Shown here: positions 51,195-62,815 of the stretch, piece after piece
Layout: each line of letters begins with the position of its first letter
How positions within the stretch are numbered: the first letter of the stretch is position 1
Source of the DNA: Pseudogymnoascus verrucosus
Lineage: Eukaryota
Length of the DNA: 64,000 nucleotides
NCBI GenBank assembly: GCA_001662655.1
Contig: KV460253.1
Reading direction: 5' to 3' (one strand)
Translations under genes and position numbers: made by a program
Notes under the pieces: model-generated
Seen by the model: the letters and a program-made list of their open reading frames with translations, nothing else
What the model was told of the DNA's origin: nothing
Database searches by the model: none

Positions 51195-51640
51195 TTACGG
51201 AGTTAGCGATGAGGCTACTGTTAGTACTGGTGTTAGTAGTGAAGTTAGTACTGCAGTTAGTATGTGTGGTTGTACCTGTGATGCATGCTGTGCCTGCTGT
51301 GCCTTCCTGTGCCTTGGTAGTAAAACAAGCCTATGGGCCATAAAGTGAACCAAATATGCACCCGATAATCAGTTGGCTGGTAGAGACTATAGGGAGACTA
51401 TAGTGATTGGGTGTTAGTGTGAGTGTTAGTATGTGTGTTTTAGTGCGTGCGTGCGTGTGCATGTCTGGTATACGGATATGGTGAGGATATGCACTACTAT
51501 GAACTATGATGAACTATTATGAACCACTGCTACCAACTGACTAATTGTTACTAACTGCTACTAACTAACTATTACTGTTAATATCCTGCACAAAATACAA
51601 GTATAACTACTTAACTAAACTAAATAATCTAACTATAAGT
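51195..51640. repeat. Low-complexity degenerate repeats (GTTAGT-type on the left; ACTAAC/ACTATGA-type on the right)
   Basis: About six GTTAGT copies at 51220-51430 and ACTAAC/ACTA-rich repeats at 51490-51640. Confidence 0.6.
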
Positions 51641-51738
51641 ATAAAATGTGCCTTCATCCCGCTCGCTTACTATGCTCTCCCGCACACAAATTTTACTCCC
51701 CCATATATCTCAATACCCCTCACCACTTCAATCAAGTC

Positions 51739-51861
51739 GGACAGATGGCCGAGCGGTCTAAGGCGCGTGACTCAAGAACTTACAATTCTTCTTGGTCGAT
51801 TTAAAACGCCTAGTGCATTCACGTATCGAAAGATGCGGGGGTTCGAATCCCCCTCTGTTCA
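51739..51861 (+). tRNA. tRNA-Leu(CAA) with a 41-nt intron (51777..51817)
   Basis: Acceptor stem GGACAGA/TCTGTTC, A box TGGCCGAGCGG, anticodon arm CGTGA-CT-CAA-G|T-TCACG, long variable arm, B box GGTTCGAATCC, downstream oligo-T. Intronic TTCTTG is complementary to CAAGAA. Confidence 0.95.
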
Positions 51862-52742
51862 GATCTTTTCTTTTTGTCTTTTTTTTTTCTATTTTATTAA
51901 TTAAATATTATCGCTATATCTGAATTAATTTGTATGTTTTTTTATTTGAGTGGCTGTTTAATTAATACGATCTTGGTATACTGTTGGCATCAATCGCACA
52001 CACCCAGTAAGCAAACGTCAGGTATCAATTTTTTCATCCCATGTACACGTATTAAGCCAACTCACAGCCAACTCATAAAAAACACCTCATATCCTCCCTC
52101 CTTCCATAAGCCCAACCTCCCCATCCTATACAAAATCCCATCATCCATCCCACCACCCATCGGCACCACCGTCCCCCGTCCCACCCACCACCTCAGCTCC
52201 ATCAGTTCGTGTACCCACCCCACCTTATCTATCTTCGGCCCCACGGCACCGAGATCCTGCACCAGCTGTGTGCGGGGCGCGGCGTGGCCGATGTGGCACA
52301 CCAGCCACAGGGTTGGATGCACAGCCGCAAACAGGACACGGACTACCGCGCTACTACACACTACCATATACTACCACATACTACCACAGACTACCACGCA
52401 GGTGAGTGTAGGAGGGACCTTGTTCCCACGAGGGAAGAGGGTGTTGATCAGACTTTTGGGATGCTGGTTGTGCTGAAGATGGGTGGGGGGTTTGTACGGA
52501 TGGGGGGTGTTCAGCTGGGTTGGTGATGGCTTGGCGGGGTAGGGGTGGTGATGTCTCTGGGCGGATGGAAGGGGGGGATGCCCCTTTTCTGTTGTGGGTT
52601 GAATCGCCCACGAGAAAGGAATATATTGTGGACGGTATAATCGTACGTCTAATTGAGTTGTAGATTGAATCATCTACAATCACACACATCTATTGAACAG
52701 TATAGTACAATACAATACATACATCTAACACATTATCCCCCC

Positions 52743-55018
52743 CTACCCCCCTCCCCCATGTTTATCCATCTCCCCCTCCCCATCCCCATGCAAATCCTGA
52801 CTCCCCCCCCTCGCCACCATCTCCGCCTTACTCGGCCGAAAAGGCCACCTCATAAACTCCTCAAACATCTCCCTCAACATCCCCTCCGTCAAACTCCTCA
52901 CCGTCAACATCTCCAAATCCACCACTCCCCCCTTACCCACATCCCTCAACGCCGGACACCTCGGCAGGATCCACTCCTCCGCCCCCGGCGCCAGCGCCCT
53001 CAACCCAGCAACCACACTCTGCTTCGGCATGATAAACAGCGCCGCGAGCATAAACTCAAAGTAATCGTAGCAACCCAACCCCTCCGCCCTGAGGCTCGGC
53101 CAGATGCTGCGGGGCTGGAAATCAAGTAGTGCCATTGGTTGCGCGGGCGCGAATTCGGATGGTTTGACGATCAAGGGCTCCATGGCGCGGCGGTCCCAGA
53201 CTAGTAGGGCGGGCTCGGCGAGGAACCCGCGACGCTCTTCGAGGCGCTGGGTCACTGCTGTGACTGTTGTGCGTGCCCCGGACTCTAGGGCGCGGCGCCA
53301 CTCTCGTATACCCTCTTCTACTCTAGCCATGCCCTCTTCGCGCTTTGGATCGTTAGAGGCGCGGAGGGCAACCCATTCGTTTTCAAGAGCTTCGTAGCTG
53401 TCGAGCCGTGACTCAACTAGATCATTCACGACCCCCACCGCTTTAAGTCTCCATCGTAGGGCCTGCAAGCGTCGGAACTCCTCTGTGCGGCGCCTCGTGC
53501 TATCGAGCGAGACCTCGGGCGTCGCGACGTGATGGTCTTCCACTTCATCGTAGAACTCCGGGAACTCTCCGGCCGCGTAGCGTTCTTCCAGGGCCGTGAG
53601 TTCATCTTCAAAAGGGCGGCGGACGCCGATATTAGGCGTGCTAGCAGCGAGTTGCGAGGTCCGCGCTTCCCTCTCCATGATCCCCTCGCGGTGCGGCGGG
53701 GTGTGCAGACCCGCAGCCGCCATGGCGGGAGCGACGCGCTGGCCGGAGAGCATGTCGATTGCCTGTTCGCGGCGGAAGTTTTCGGTTTCCAGGTCGCCAC
53801 CCGCTACTTCATGGATGTATTCGCAGGATATCTCGGCTTCGATGCTGGATTTGCGACGGTTGATGATCAGCCGGGGGAGGACGATGCGTTTCTCGAGGTC
53901 GTGCATCCAGATTAGCATGCGCACTTGCCCGTAGCCTTGGAAGACGGAGTGGGCGCGCGTGGCGGTGAGGAGTTGGTGGACTACGAGGGTCGTGATGGAG
54001 GGGAAGCCGATGTAGGGGCGGCGCGGCCAGTAGCCTAGGTTGGCGGTTACGAGGAGGGTGGTGTTGGGTTTTTCGAGGGAGGGGTCGCTGGGGGAGAGGA
54101 GGGTTTGGTGCGGGAGGTGGCCGTCGCGTTCGAGTTTGTTGAGGTTGTTCCAGATGATGCCGGACATGGGGAGGAGCTTGTAGGTGGAGTCTTTTTGGTT
54201 TAATAGGGGCTCGAGGTAGGGTTTATATGTCGAGGAGTCGGGTTCCATGAGGATGTGAGTCCGGGGCTTCACGATATCGTGCAGTTTGGACGACCATAGG
54301 CCGACTCCGGGGTTGATGTCTATTATATCACATCCCTTGTGCTTCTCAAGGCTCGGAGCTAGTCGTTGTATAATATCATCTGGTTGAGGTTAGCTATAGA
54401 GCTCTGAGAGGTTCCATGCAACATCCATACCACATAATTCCTCGCCGATAATGTTCTGACGGGCTTTGTCTCCGCGTTTGCCAAACGCAATTCGTGATAA
54501 GCTTTTGACGCTTTTCCGCTTGCTAGGTACTACGCGAATCCTGTTAGTACCATCTTCTTCTGCATACTCGCCTAGTACTGCTTTGTTCCCTTACCTGAAT
54601 CTGTCTCCGCTTCGCCTTCTGGGATCGCGGTTCTGGCTCCATGCAACACATCTTCAAATGCTTTCTTCAAAAGAGGCCCCTTGAGAACCCCTGCATCACT
54701 CCTCTTCTTCCTCGGTTTTGTTGATGGGGTCCTGGGTTTCGGCGGATTCCCACTATTATTACCCCCCCTTGATGTTCCTGCGTCACTCCTCTGTTTGCGC
54801 GGTTTCTTGGTAGATTTTGTGGCCTCCGCGGTGGACTCAGCAGTCTTCGGGTTTTTCTGCCCAGCCTTGCTGCCGCCTGTCACATTTGTCGCTATAACCT
54901 GACCTCCATCGCTGTATGCTCGAATTAATCCTGTAGCTGGCCGGCAGCACGGATATGCGAAGGCTGCGATAGGACGTAATCGATTTCGTCGTCTATTTAC
55001 GAGACGAACAGCCAACAT
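52743..55018 (-). CDS. MTF1: Mitochondrial transcription factor Mtf1/mtTFB-like (KsgA/Dim1 fold); introns 54530..54594 and 54380..54430
   Basis: Arg-rich presequence-like start, CDIIDINPGVGLWSSKLH..KPRTHILMEP, NTTLLVTANL, YGQVRMLIW, WDRR, WPFRP. Confidence 0.78.
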
Positions 55019-55433
55019 CAATTCTGATTGCACTGTTTGCGAATTTGAGCGGCTCTGGCGTCTGGGATATTATGCTATTTCAAAGTATTCGAACTGACGT
55101 TGCTCTCTCGAACAATCAAAGAGGATGCAGGGACCGCCTTAATTCTGCCCTCGAAATGTGACAAATCGACTCACCGCCCTAGCCTCGTCGGCCTGTCGAC
55201 CAACAAGGTACAACAACCCCCCCCCATGGAACCTGCGTCATCAGAAATCGCATCGTTTGCCTCAGCAAACTTCGGAGCTCCCCAGGCACCAGCCAACCTT
55301 CCCGATCTCTCTGGGACCTCCCGTGATGGTTAGGGAGTGTTGCCTCAGCTTTTAATTCATCAATCATCGAACCTCATAACCCCGCCGAACATTCTACAAC
55401 CCCGCAGTACCTACGATTATCACGAAACAAAAG

Positions 55434-57097
55434 ATGGCCAGCTCTTCGGCCGAGGCAGCGATGCCGATGAGCATTGCAGAAATTGCTGCGCGCGCCCAGG
55501 ACTTCGAATATAATCCTTATATCAAGCTCAAAGTCTGGTTGAGGACTGCTGAGCTGTTACTGCGCGAGGTTTGCCTCAACATTACATCTCCATGCATATA
55601 GCCGCTGACAGTATTGCGCCAGGCCCAGATTTACCAAGACGAAGGCAATATTCAACAAGCTTATATGCTCCTTATGCGATTCGTTACCTTGGTCGCCGAA
55701 AAACTCTCTGCCCACCCCGACAGCAAAGACCCCGCGAATAGAAGGGCGCTGAAGTTGATGATCAAGTCCATACCCGACGCAGTAGATCGACTAGAGATGC
55801 TTAAACCGAAGATTGTCGCTCGATATGACGCTTGGCAAACCGCGCATGAAGGACGGAATAAACCTGCGGCAGATTTACGGGATGGCCAGGGACCCGGGTC
55901 TATGAGGCGACTCTCAAAGTACGCGGAAGCGGACCCTGCGATTGCTGGAAGAGCGAAAACCCTGGAGGCATCTGAGCACAGCGGCCTTGCTGTCAAACTT
56001 GCACACAAGGAAATTCGGAGACGAGACGACATTCGGAGAACGACTCGGCAGGGCGACGACAGAGATCAGATGGGTTACGAGGGGGGTGACGACGGCGTCG
56101 ATCTGCAACGCCGCATGGAGGATACCAGGAGGAGGATGGATTCCAGAGATCGAGACACGGACGGAACACGAAAGAAGCTCACGAAATTGCACCCATCAGC
56201 AAGCGAGCCAAGTTCATCGGCGCCGCGTAGCAGCGAATACAGATACCCTTCAATTGCCAAGTCAAGGCCGTTTAAGTACGAAGACAACAAGCCTGCGGAG
56301 ATCGAGAGGAATTTCGGCAGAGAATCCGCCCCTCCTATCCCTTCAAAGCAAGTAATCAAAACCACGATATCATATGAGTCCCCAGCTCCGTTGCGGCCAG
56401 CGAAGCTTCTCAAGGAAGCTCCACCAAGCTCCACCCCTTCTCCTGTCGACGACCCCTCCGCATACACGTTCAAACCATCAGCCTACCTCGAAAACGGCTC
56501 ACCCCTCCGAACCCTATTTCTTCCTACCACGCTCCGCGAGTCATTCCTATCTATCGCTCGTCCCAATACCCAAGCGAATCTCGAGACCTGCGGCATCCTG
56601 TGCGGGACCCTCATCTCAAATGCACTTTTCATTTCACGATTGGTGATACCCGAGCAAGAGAGCACCTCTGACACTTGCGAAACGACGAACGAAGGTGCGC
56701 TGTTCGACTACTGCGACAAGGAGGATCTGATGGTCTTGGGATGGATCCATACGCACCCGTCTCAAACGTGCTTTATGAGCAGCAGGGACCTGCACACACA
56801 TTGCGGGTATCAAGTGATGATGCCGGAGAGTATCGCGATTGTGTGTGCGCCGAGCAAGAGTCCCTCGTAAGTCCTCCCATTCACTTTCTCTAACTAGTAA
56901 CTCAAAGCTAATGTCTACACAGTTGGGGCGTTTTCCGCATGACTGACCCCCCAGGCATGAAATCGGTGCTTAACTGTAGACAGACCGGGCTATTCCACCC
57001 ACACCCGGAGCCTAACATCTACACCGATGCGATGAGGCCAGGGCATGTTTTCGAGACGCCAGGACTGGAATTTAAGGTCGTGGATTTGAGGCCCTAG
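55434..57097 (+). CDS. AMSH/STAMBP-like endosomal JAMM deubiquitinase; introns 55569..55622 and 56867..56922
   Basis: N-terminal MIT/USP8-like region (WLRTAE...AYMLLMRF), ETCGILCG and the JAMM motif GWIHTHPSQTCFMSSRDLHTH. Confidence 0.93.
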
Positions 57098-57452
57098 GCA
57101 GAGATAGTGGTGGGGTAGACTAAGACATGGCATTAAATGGCTGGAGCATAGCAGAGCGTTGGCGTCTTGGGCGATGAAGCATGGGCTAGACACGGCGTTC
57201 AATCTGCCAACTGGCAACCAGGCATTGTAGTTATTTGCTTCAGGGAGACAATGGTACATCTTTCCATATCTCAAAAGTCGAATACAATCTTGTGATACAA
57301 GCTGGCCCCTCTGCCTCTACCCGTTACCACGTCAGCCCCACTATATGTATATCCTTTAACCCCAACCATTCCCTCTATAGCAGACTGTATCCTGTATCCC
57401 ATTGTCCCATCCAGTCGCTCATAGATCGCTACCCCGTCACATTTGATTAACC

Positions 57453-57749
57453 CTACCCAAGCACCCTCAAGTATAACCTATACGTCGCTATCAAAATCAA
57501 CACCCACATCAACACCTTCACCCAAGGGTTCTCGAGCCACGACTTCGACGCAATCACATCCAGCGCATCTTTTGGCGTCGTATGTGCCCCCGATTTCTCA
57601 GATCGATGCCCAGTAAGCCCGTGATCGTTCTTGTGGTTTTGGTAGTCGAGGTACGTCTTATGACCTGACGTCTCGTAGGCGGGGAAGTCGAGAGGGGGAT
57701 CGTTAGGGTCGAACTTGAAGCCGGGGTTTTCGGTCGTCGGGGTAGTCAT
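57453..57749 (-). CDS. Small hypothetical protein with a C-terminal transmembrane helix
   Basis: 98-aa ORF with AATATG start context and C-ending codon bias. Hydrophobic WVKVLMWVLILIATY lies near the C-terminus. Confidence 0.55.
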   Translation of the reverse strand: MTTPTTENPGFKFDPNDPPLDFPAYETSGHKTYLDYQNHKNDHGLTGHRSEKSGAHTTPKDALDVIASKSWLENPWVKVLMWVLILIATYRLYLRVLG

Positions 57750-58224
57750 ATTCGATTTTCGAGAGAAATTGGATTATGTTGGTGAGGAATTGGGAGAGTC
57801 TGGAAGTTGTGGAATTAATGAGGAGGTAGGTCGTTGAAAGGGTGGTTGTTGGGTGCGATATTCATGACGTTGAGATGACGATTTATCATGACGACGGTAG
57901 CTTTCGAGACATTTATCAACAAACCTGAAAGTAACAACTCCCTCAGATATGTAACTCTGTCATAATAATAGAGCTCGCCAGCCAATGTTACTGGCATAAA
58001 ACTTGATTTTGGGGTTGATTAATGGCGGTAATCGGGACTGGTTGGTGGCCCTCGTGATAGCTGAGGTCGGCGAAGCTAGAATAACCACCAAACCGACGAC
58101 ATATAACTTGGAAAGCGTACCATAGATGATGTGTTTCAAGCCATTAATTAATTAGAGTTGAAAGAGGTCGCTTGGGAGCTTCTACACAGCTCAACCAAAT
58201 CTACCTCGTTCGGAAGTGTCGTGC

Positions 58225-59187
58225 TTATGACTGACTCTCCTTGCTATTTTTCGTCCGCCGGCGGACAGCTTCATTATCTTTCCCTTTAAGCAGTGTGGTT
58301 TCCTTCCTCTCTTCTGCCTGGGACGTATTATTGTCATTCGGATTGGCAACCCAGGTATCCACCACTTCCCTAACCTCCTTCACTGCCCTCTCCTCCATGA
58401 CCGATTCTTTAACCTTCCTAATGTATCCGAAATACACTCCGACTTCCGCCACGGCCACCAATATGCTTCCTGCAAAAGATAATGCCAATCGAGCGGGTGT
58501 GCTCCACCACTTCGAAACCATCCACAACGCCGCCGAGCATGCTATGATGGAGACGAGTACGTTGAGGATAAGGGTGAGCTGGCGGGTGACATCGTCGTAG
58601 GTTATGTCATCATCGGGCGAAGCTTCGATATATGCTTCTGTCGAGGCGAAAGCAAAGGCCGGTGATGTCGCTGGTAGGTTCCTGGAGTATGTTTCCGACG
58701 TCGGGGCTGGCTTTGTCAATCGGACATAGTCGCGTTCTTCAGCATCGCGCCGGAGACGGGCCATGAGAGCTTTGTATTCGGCGGTTTGAGCGGGTTTAGG
58801 AGACGGAGGTGGTATGTAGACATGAGATCCGCGGAGTAGAGCATCGAGGTGGCATGGTATGGCATTGATAGACTTTAGCTGTCGGGAGAGGGCGACGATT
58901 TGGAGGTGGCTTATAGGATTGCCAGGTTTTGGATCTTGCAAGGACGGCTCGCTGGAAGGATTATTGAGGGAGGTATTTCCAGGCTCCGGTATCTGTGCTC
59001 TCTGCATTTTCTCCCCTTTCCTAGAATCTTGAATCTCGTTTTCGATTGCGCCTGTTTCGTTGGAGCCTGGGGCCAAGGCTGCATCTTCATGAATACCCTG
59101 GGAAGCAACCGCCCCTGTGGTTATTGTAGACGTCTCGAGGTTACGAAGACCCTCCACAATGACGGGGGTCATCGTAAGTAGCACCAT
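58225..59187 (-). CDS. VMA12: ER V-ATPase assembly factor Vma12/Vph2 (TMEM199)
   Basis: MVLLTMT start, LLRGSHVYIPPP, EYKALMARLR, two TM segments (QLTLILNVLVS...; LVAVAEVGVY). Confidence 0.88.
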   Translation of the reverse strand: MVLLTMTPVIVEGLRNLETSTITTGAVASQGIHEDAALAPGSNETGAIENEIQDSRKGEKMQRAQIPEPGNTSLNNPSSEPSLQDPKPGNPISHLQIVALSRQLKSINAIPCHLDALLRGSHVYIPPPSPKPAQTAEYKALMARLRRDAEERDYVRLTKPAPTSETYSRNLPATSPAFAFASTEAYIEASPDDDITYDDVTRQLTLILNVLVSIIACSAALWMVSKWWSTPARLALSFAGSILVAVAEVGVYFGYIRKVKESVMEERAVKEVREVVDTWVANPNDNNTSQAEERKETTLLKGKDNEAVRRRTKNSKESQS

Positions 59188-59501
59188 GTTGACCGAATTA
59201 TAACCTCGAAGCCAAAATAAAGTGGTCAAGGTGCATTGGTGTTTCTGGATACTCCAGTGGACAACTGAGGACTGCAAGGCTGAGGAAAGCGCGACGGAGT
59301 AATAGTTTATCCGTGTCTTATCGTCGGGATGGGTCGGCCCAAAACATTTGTGATGTGCGAAATCAAGCTTCTGCCAAACCAATCTTCGACGCAATTGAAC
59401 CCGCAACACCTCGCAGCGCGCTCTCTGCTGTCGATAGGGGAGGCATTAAGACGGGGCTGCAGGAATTGCCCATATATCCTGCTTAGCAGACCAGGGAGGC
59501 T

Positions 59502-60939
59502 ATGAGAATCCGGTCGCCGAGAGCTTCATTGCTCTTTTCTCGTCCAGGAGTAGCAACCACGCAACCTCGACGAGTCTGCCTGGAATGCCTTTCCGCCAGC
59601 CGGGCGCAATTGTCGCCTTCTAATTCGAGGCTATTTCACCTATCAAGCCGACAACATGCGGGATCATGGGCCCAGGCAGCTAAATTGGCTGCCAATGTCA
59701 TTTCCAATGCGACATCACAACAAGGCAGGGTGGATCGCCAAATCAGCATTGATCCCCTGAGGATAGTAGCAAAAGAGATGAAATTCTTGAGCGGGAATAT
59801 CAGACAGCTACTAGGTTCCGGGCATCCTAGTCTGGATAAAGTTGCGAAATACTACACCCAGGCAGAAGGGAAGCACTTCAGGCCACTTCTTGTCCTATTA
59901 ATGTCGCGCGCCACGGCACTGGCACCAAAATGCTCGACATATGATCCCTCGAAACCCTCTGCCAATATAAACAGTGGCATTTCGCGCCCAGATATTCTCT
60001 TAGATCACAATCCTACGAGCCCTGGGACAAACCCCTTGACGGATCCGGCATATGCGTATTCACCAACCGAAAGCGACATTCTGCCTTCCCAACGGCGCCT
60101 CGCCGAAATAACTGAGCTCATTCACACGGCTTCTCTCCTCCACGACGATGTCATTGATCACTCTGACTCGAGGCGGGGATCACCATCTGCCAACCTTGAA
60201 TTCGGCAACAAAATGGCGGTGCTGGCAGGAGACTTCCTCCTGGGCCGCGCCTCCATTGCTCTTGCTCGTTTACGAGATGCGGAGGTTGTTGAGCTGCTCG
60301 CTACTGTCATTGCGAACCTTGTTGAGGGAGAATTCATGCAGCTGAAGAACACATCCCGGGATGAGAAGAACCCTCAGTGGACAGAAGAGGCGCTCACATA
60401 CTACTTGCAAAAGACATACCTCAAAACGGCTAGTTTGATCAGCAAAAGTTGTCGTGCGGCTGCGCTTCTGGGAGGAAGTGATAATGTCACAGTCGAGGCG
60501 GCATATAGCTATGGAAAGAACTTGGGTCTGGCGTTTCAGCTTGTGGACGATATGTTGGATTATACTATTACTGAGAAGGAACTCGGGAAGCCGGCCGGAG
60601 CCGATTTGGAACTTGGCTTGGCCACAGCACCTCTTCTATTTGCCTGGAAGAACAACCCAGAGCTTGGTGCGTTAGTTGGGAGGAAGTTTGCCGAAGAGGG
60701 CGATGTCGCAAGGGTAGGTGACTTCTGAAAAGGCCCAGCAACATTAATCCGTTTGAACAATCTCTAACATGAAACAGGCGAGATATATCGTTTCTCAAAG
60801 CGAAGGGATTGAGCAGACACGTGCCTTGGCAAGGGATTACGCGGATCAAGCTCTTGCGGCTATTGAGCCCTTCCCAGAGAGTGAAGCCAAGGATGGGCTG
60901 AGGGAGATGGTCGCCAAGACGATTAACAGGAGGAAGTAG
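59502..60939 (+). CDS. COQ1: Mitochondrial trans-polyprenyl diphosphate synthase; intron 60714..60777
   Basis: GKHFRP, ELIHTASLLHDDVID...RRG (first DDxxD), KTASL, FQLVDDMLD (second DDxxD), presequence-like N-terminus. Confidence 0.95.
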
Positions 60940-61310
60940 GGTTGTTCGATAGCGTGTATACATATGAACTAGACGGAGCGTGGTCGGTGGTCTGAAGTTT
61001 TGTATAGATCAATGTTAGATGTATTATATATGACGGGTAAACAACGCATCCCACTGTTGCGTTGAAAGGTAGAACTGTAAGGCAACATATATCAGTATTG
61101 CTTTATTGTACCATGAATTAGTATCATATTTTCGTGGATAGGTTTGCTGATTCCTCAAATATAGCTAGCCAGCTGAGAATAATATCTTAATGAGTCGAAG
61201 TGCTCCCATTAAACCATTTTGTAGTGAGTTGTCCACTTTAGGCTTGGCTTACTTACTCTAGCTTCAAGCGAGGCGTTGATAATCTGCAGCGCCACACTTT
61301 GCTCACGTGC

Positions 61311-61343
61311 TTTCGCGTTATCGTTATCGCTTCACACAACGCG
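61311..61343. promoter_or_regulatory. Candidate MCB/SCB-like G1/S elements upstream of the Eco1-like gene
   Basis: TTTCGCGT (ACGCGAAA on the minus strand) at 61311 and AACGCG at 61338, about 90-120 bp before the ATG. Confidence 0.4.
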
Positions 61344-61431
61344 CTTTTGCGCTTGCGCCACAACTTCAAGCCGCATCACCATCAGTCGTGTTCAATGAAC
61401 CTATGTTTTCATAACGAAAATCGCCGCGACG

Positions 61432-62601
61432 ATGGGATTAGGCACCGCTACAATGGTGTCGTCGGTATTGGGTAAAAGGTAAGCGTTACCTTCTACAAAT
61501 TCACACTCAACTACACACTTCTGACACTTTTCCAGATCGCGTATGCGAACATACGCAAACCGCGTCAGGAAAGACACAGCGGATTCACCAGGAAAGAGAG
61601 TCTGTATCGAAGTTGTCAAGCCTCTCCAAGACATTACGAACACTCTACCTGTCGTGCCTCTGCCGGTGCCAAAAAGCAAAAGGTCAATTACGGACTATTT
61701 CGCAAAACCACCAGCTTCAGCAAACCCCTCATCCTCTGACACCAACCCCTCATCTGATCAGCCTCAAGAACACATTCATTCCAGCCCTTCCTCATCGTCG
61801 AAGACTCCCCCATCTTCACCACCTCCTCTGGAACCATATCATACCGGCATAAAACCAGCAAGTCGAAAACGTCGGAGGTTAACAACAAGGCCACGGGCTA
61901 TCCAAGCAACAAGACCTCAAACCACCAAACCTGACAAAATGATGTCTCCTGAATACTTCGACCGTCCTGTGTCCAGCAGCGACTCGGACAGTTTCTATTC
62001 TTCCAGCTGGGAGGGTAGTATTATCGACGGATACACTGCAACCCAGGACACTGCAGCCCAGGGCGCTACGCTCCAGGACAAACTTGCCAAACATCCCATG
62101 GCTACCGCGATCTTCCGCTCTAACTCATTTACGAGCTCTCCTGCCAAGGGTCCTAAGGAGACCGGAAGAGCCCGATCCAAGACGAGGGCAGGTGGTGAGG
62201 GTATGGTTGGAGAATTTTCCGACATGGTCTACCCCATTCCAGCCAACTACAGCTATATCATCATGGGTCCCACTTGGGGAACTACCACTCCCACCGAAGG
62301 CTCTAAGGGCCGTGATGCTGAGAAGGCTTACCCAATTCCAGCTTACTCTGACTCTTCCAGCAAGGTCGAGGTCAACCCAGCCAGATCCAGCAATGGAGGA
62401 AATGAGGGCGGACAGAAGGAGAATACCAAGCCTGCCAAACTTGTTCAGACTCAGATCAACCTTGGTCAGAATCCCATCACCACTTGCAATGTCTGCAAAT
62501 TTACACTCAACCGTACCGTCGTTGAGGACGTCAAGGCCCACGACAAATTCCACCAGGCGTTTGTCAACCTTGCCTCGAAGCTTGATATGGATGAATTCTG
62601 A
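61432..62601 (+). CDS. Protein with an Eco1-like C2H2 zinc finger at the C-terminus and no acetyltransferase domain; intron 61479..61535
   Basis: Exon 61432..61478 splices in frame (GTAAGC...CTGAC...CAG) to ORF 61543..62601. Ends with LVQTQINLG-x5-CNVC-x13-HDKFH, then stops. Confidence 0.7.
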
Positions 62602-62715
62602 AGACGCAAGAAGATCGACGGGTTCTGCGCCGAGTCAGTTACAAGCACATATCGGTGTACAGGCTTGAGCTTTGTTACAGTGTTCATTGATGCGGAGTTA
62701 GGTTTCGGTGTTTCG

Positions 62716-62815
62716 GGCATATTCACAGGGTCGGCATATTCATGGGGCCAGGCATATTCATGGGGCCAGGCATATTCATGGGGTCAGGAGCATATTCACG
62801 GGCGTCGGCGCATTA
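62716..62815 (+). repeat. Minisatellite, about 5 copies of a 17-21 bp unit GGCATATTCA(T/C)GGGGCCA
   Basis: GCATATTCA recurs five times in about 100 bp, read directly. Confidence 0.9.

Noticed and set aside
51386..51406. CTATAGGGAGA / CTATAGTGA, resembling a T7 promoter (vector contamination)
   Set aside because: Upstream TAATACGACTCA is missing and the flanks are native low-complexity sequence.
35844..51861. Functional clustering of TAN1 with a substrate tRNA-Leu
   Set aside because: They are 14 kb and four unrelated genes apart, and tRNA genes are dispersed, so chance is sufficient.
54530..54545. Apparent premature stop in Mtf1 if CTAACAG is used as acceptor
   Set aside because: That AG is too close to the branch point. 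The next TAG (54530) restores the frame, so no pseudogene or editing is needed.
62716..62815. CRISPR-like repeat array
   Set aside because: Eukaryotic context, 9-10 bp cores, near-identical short spacers and no cas genes: a minisatellite.
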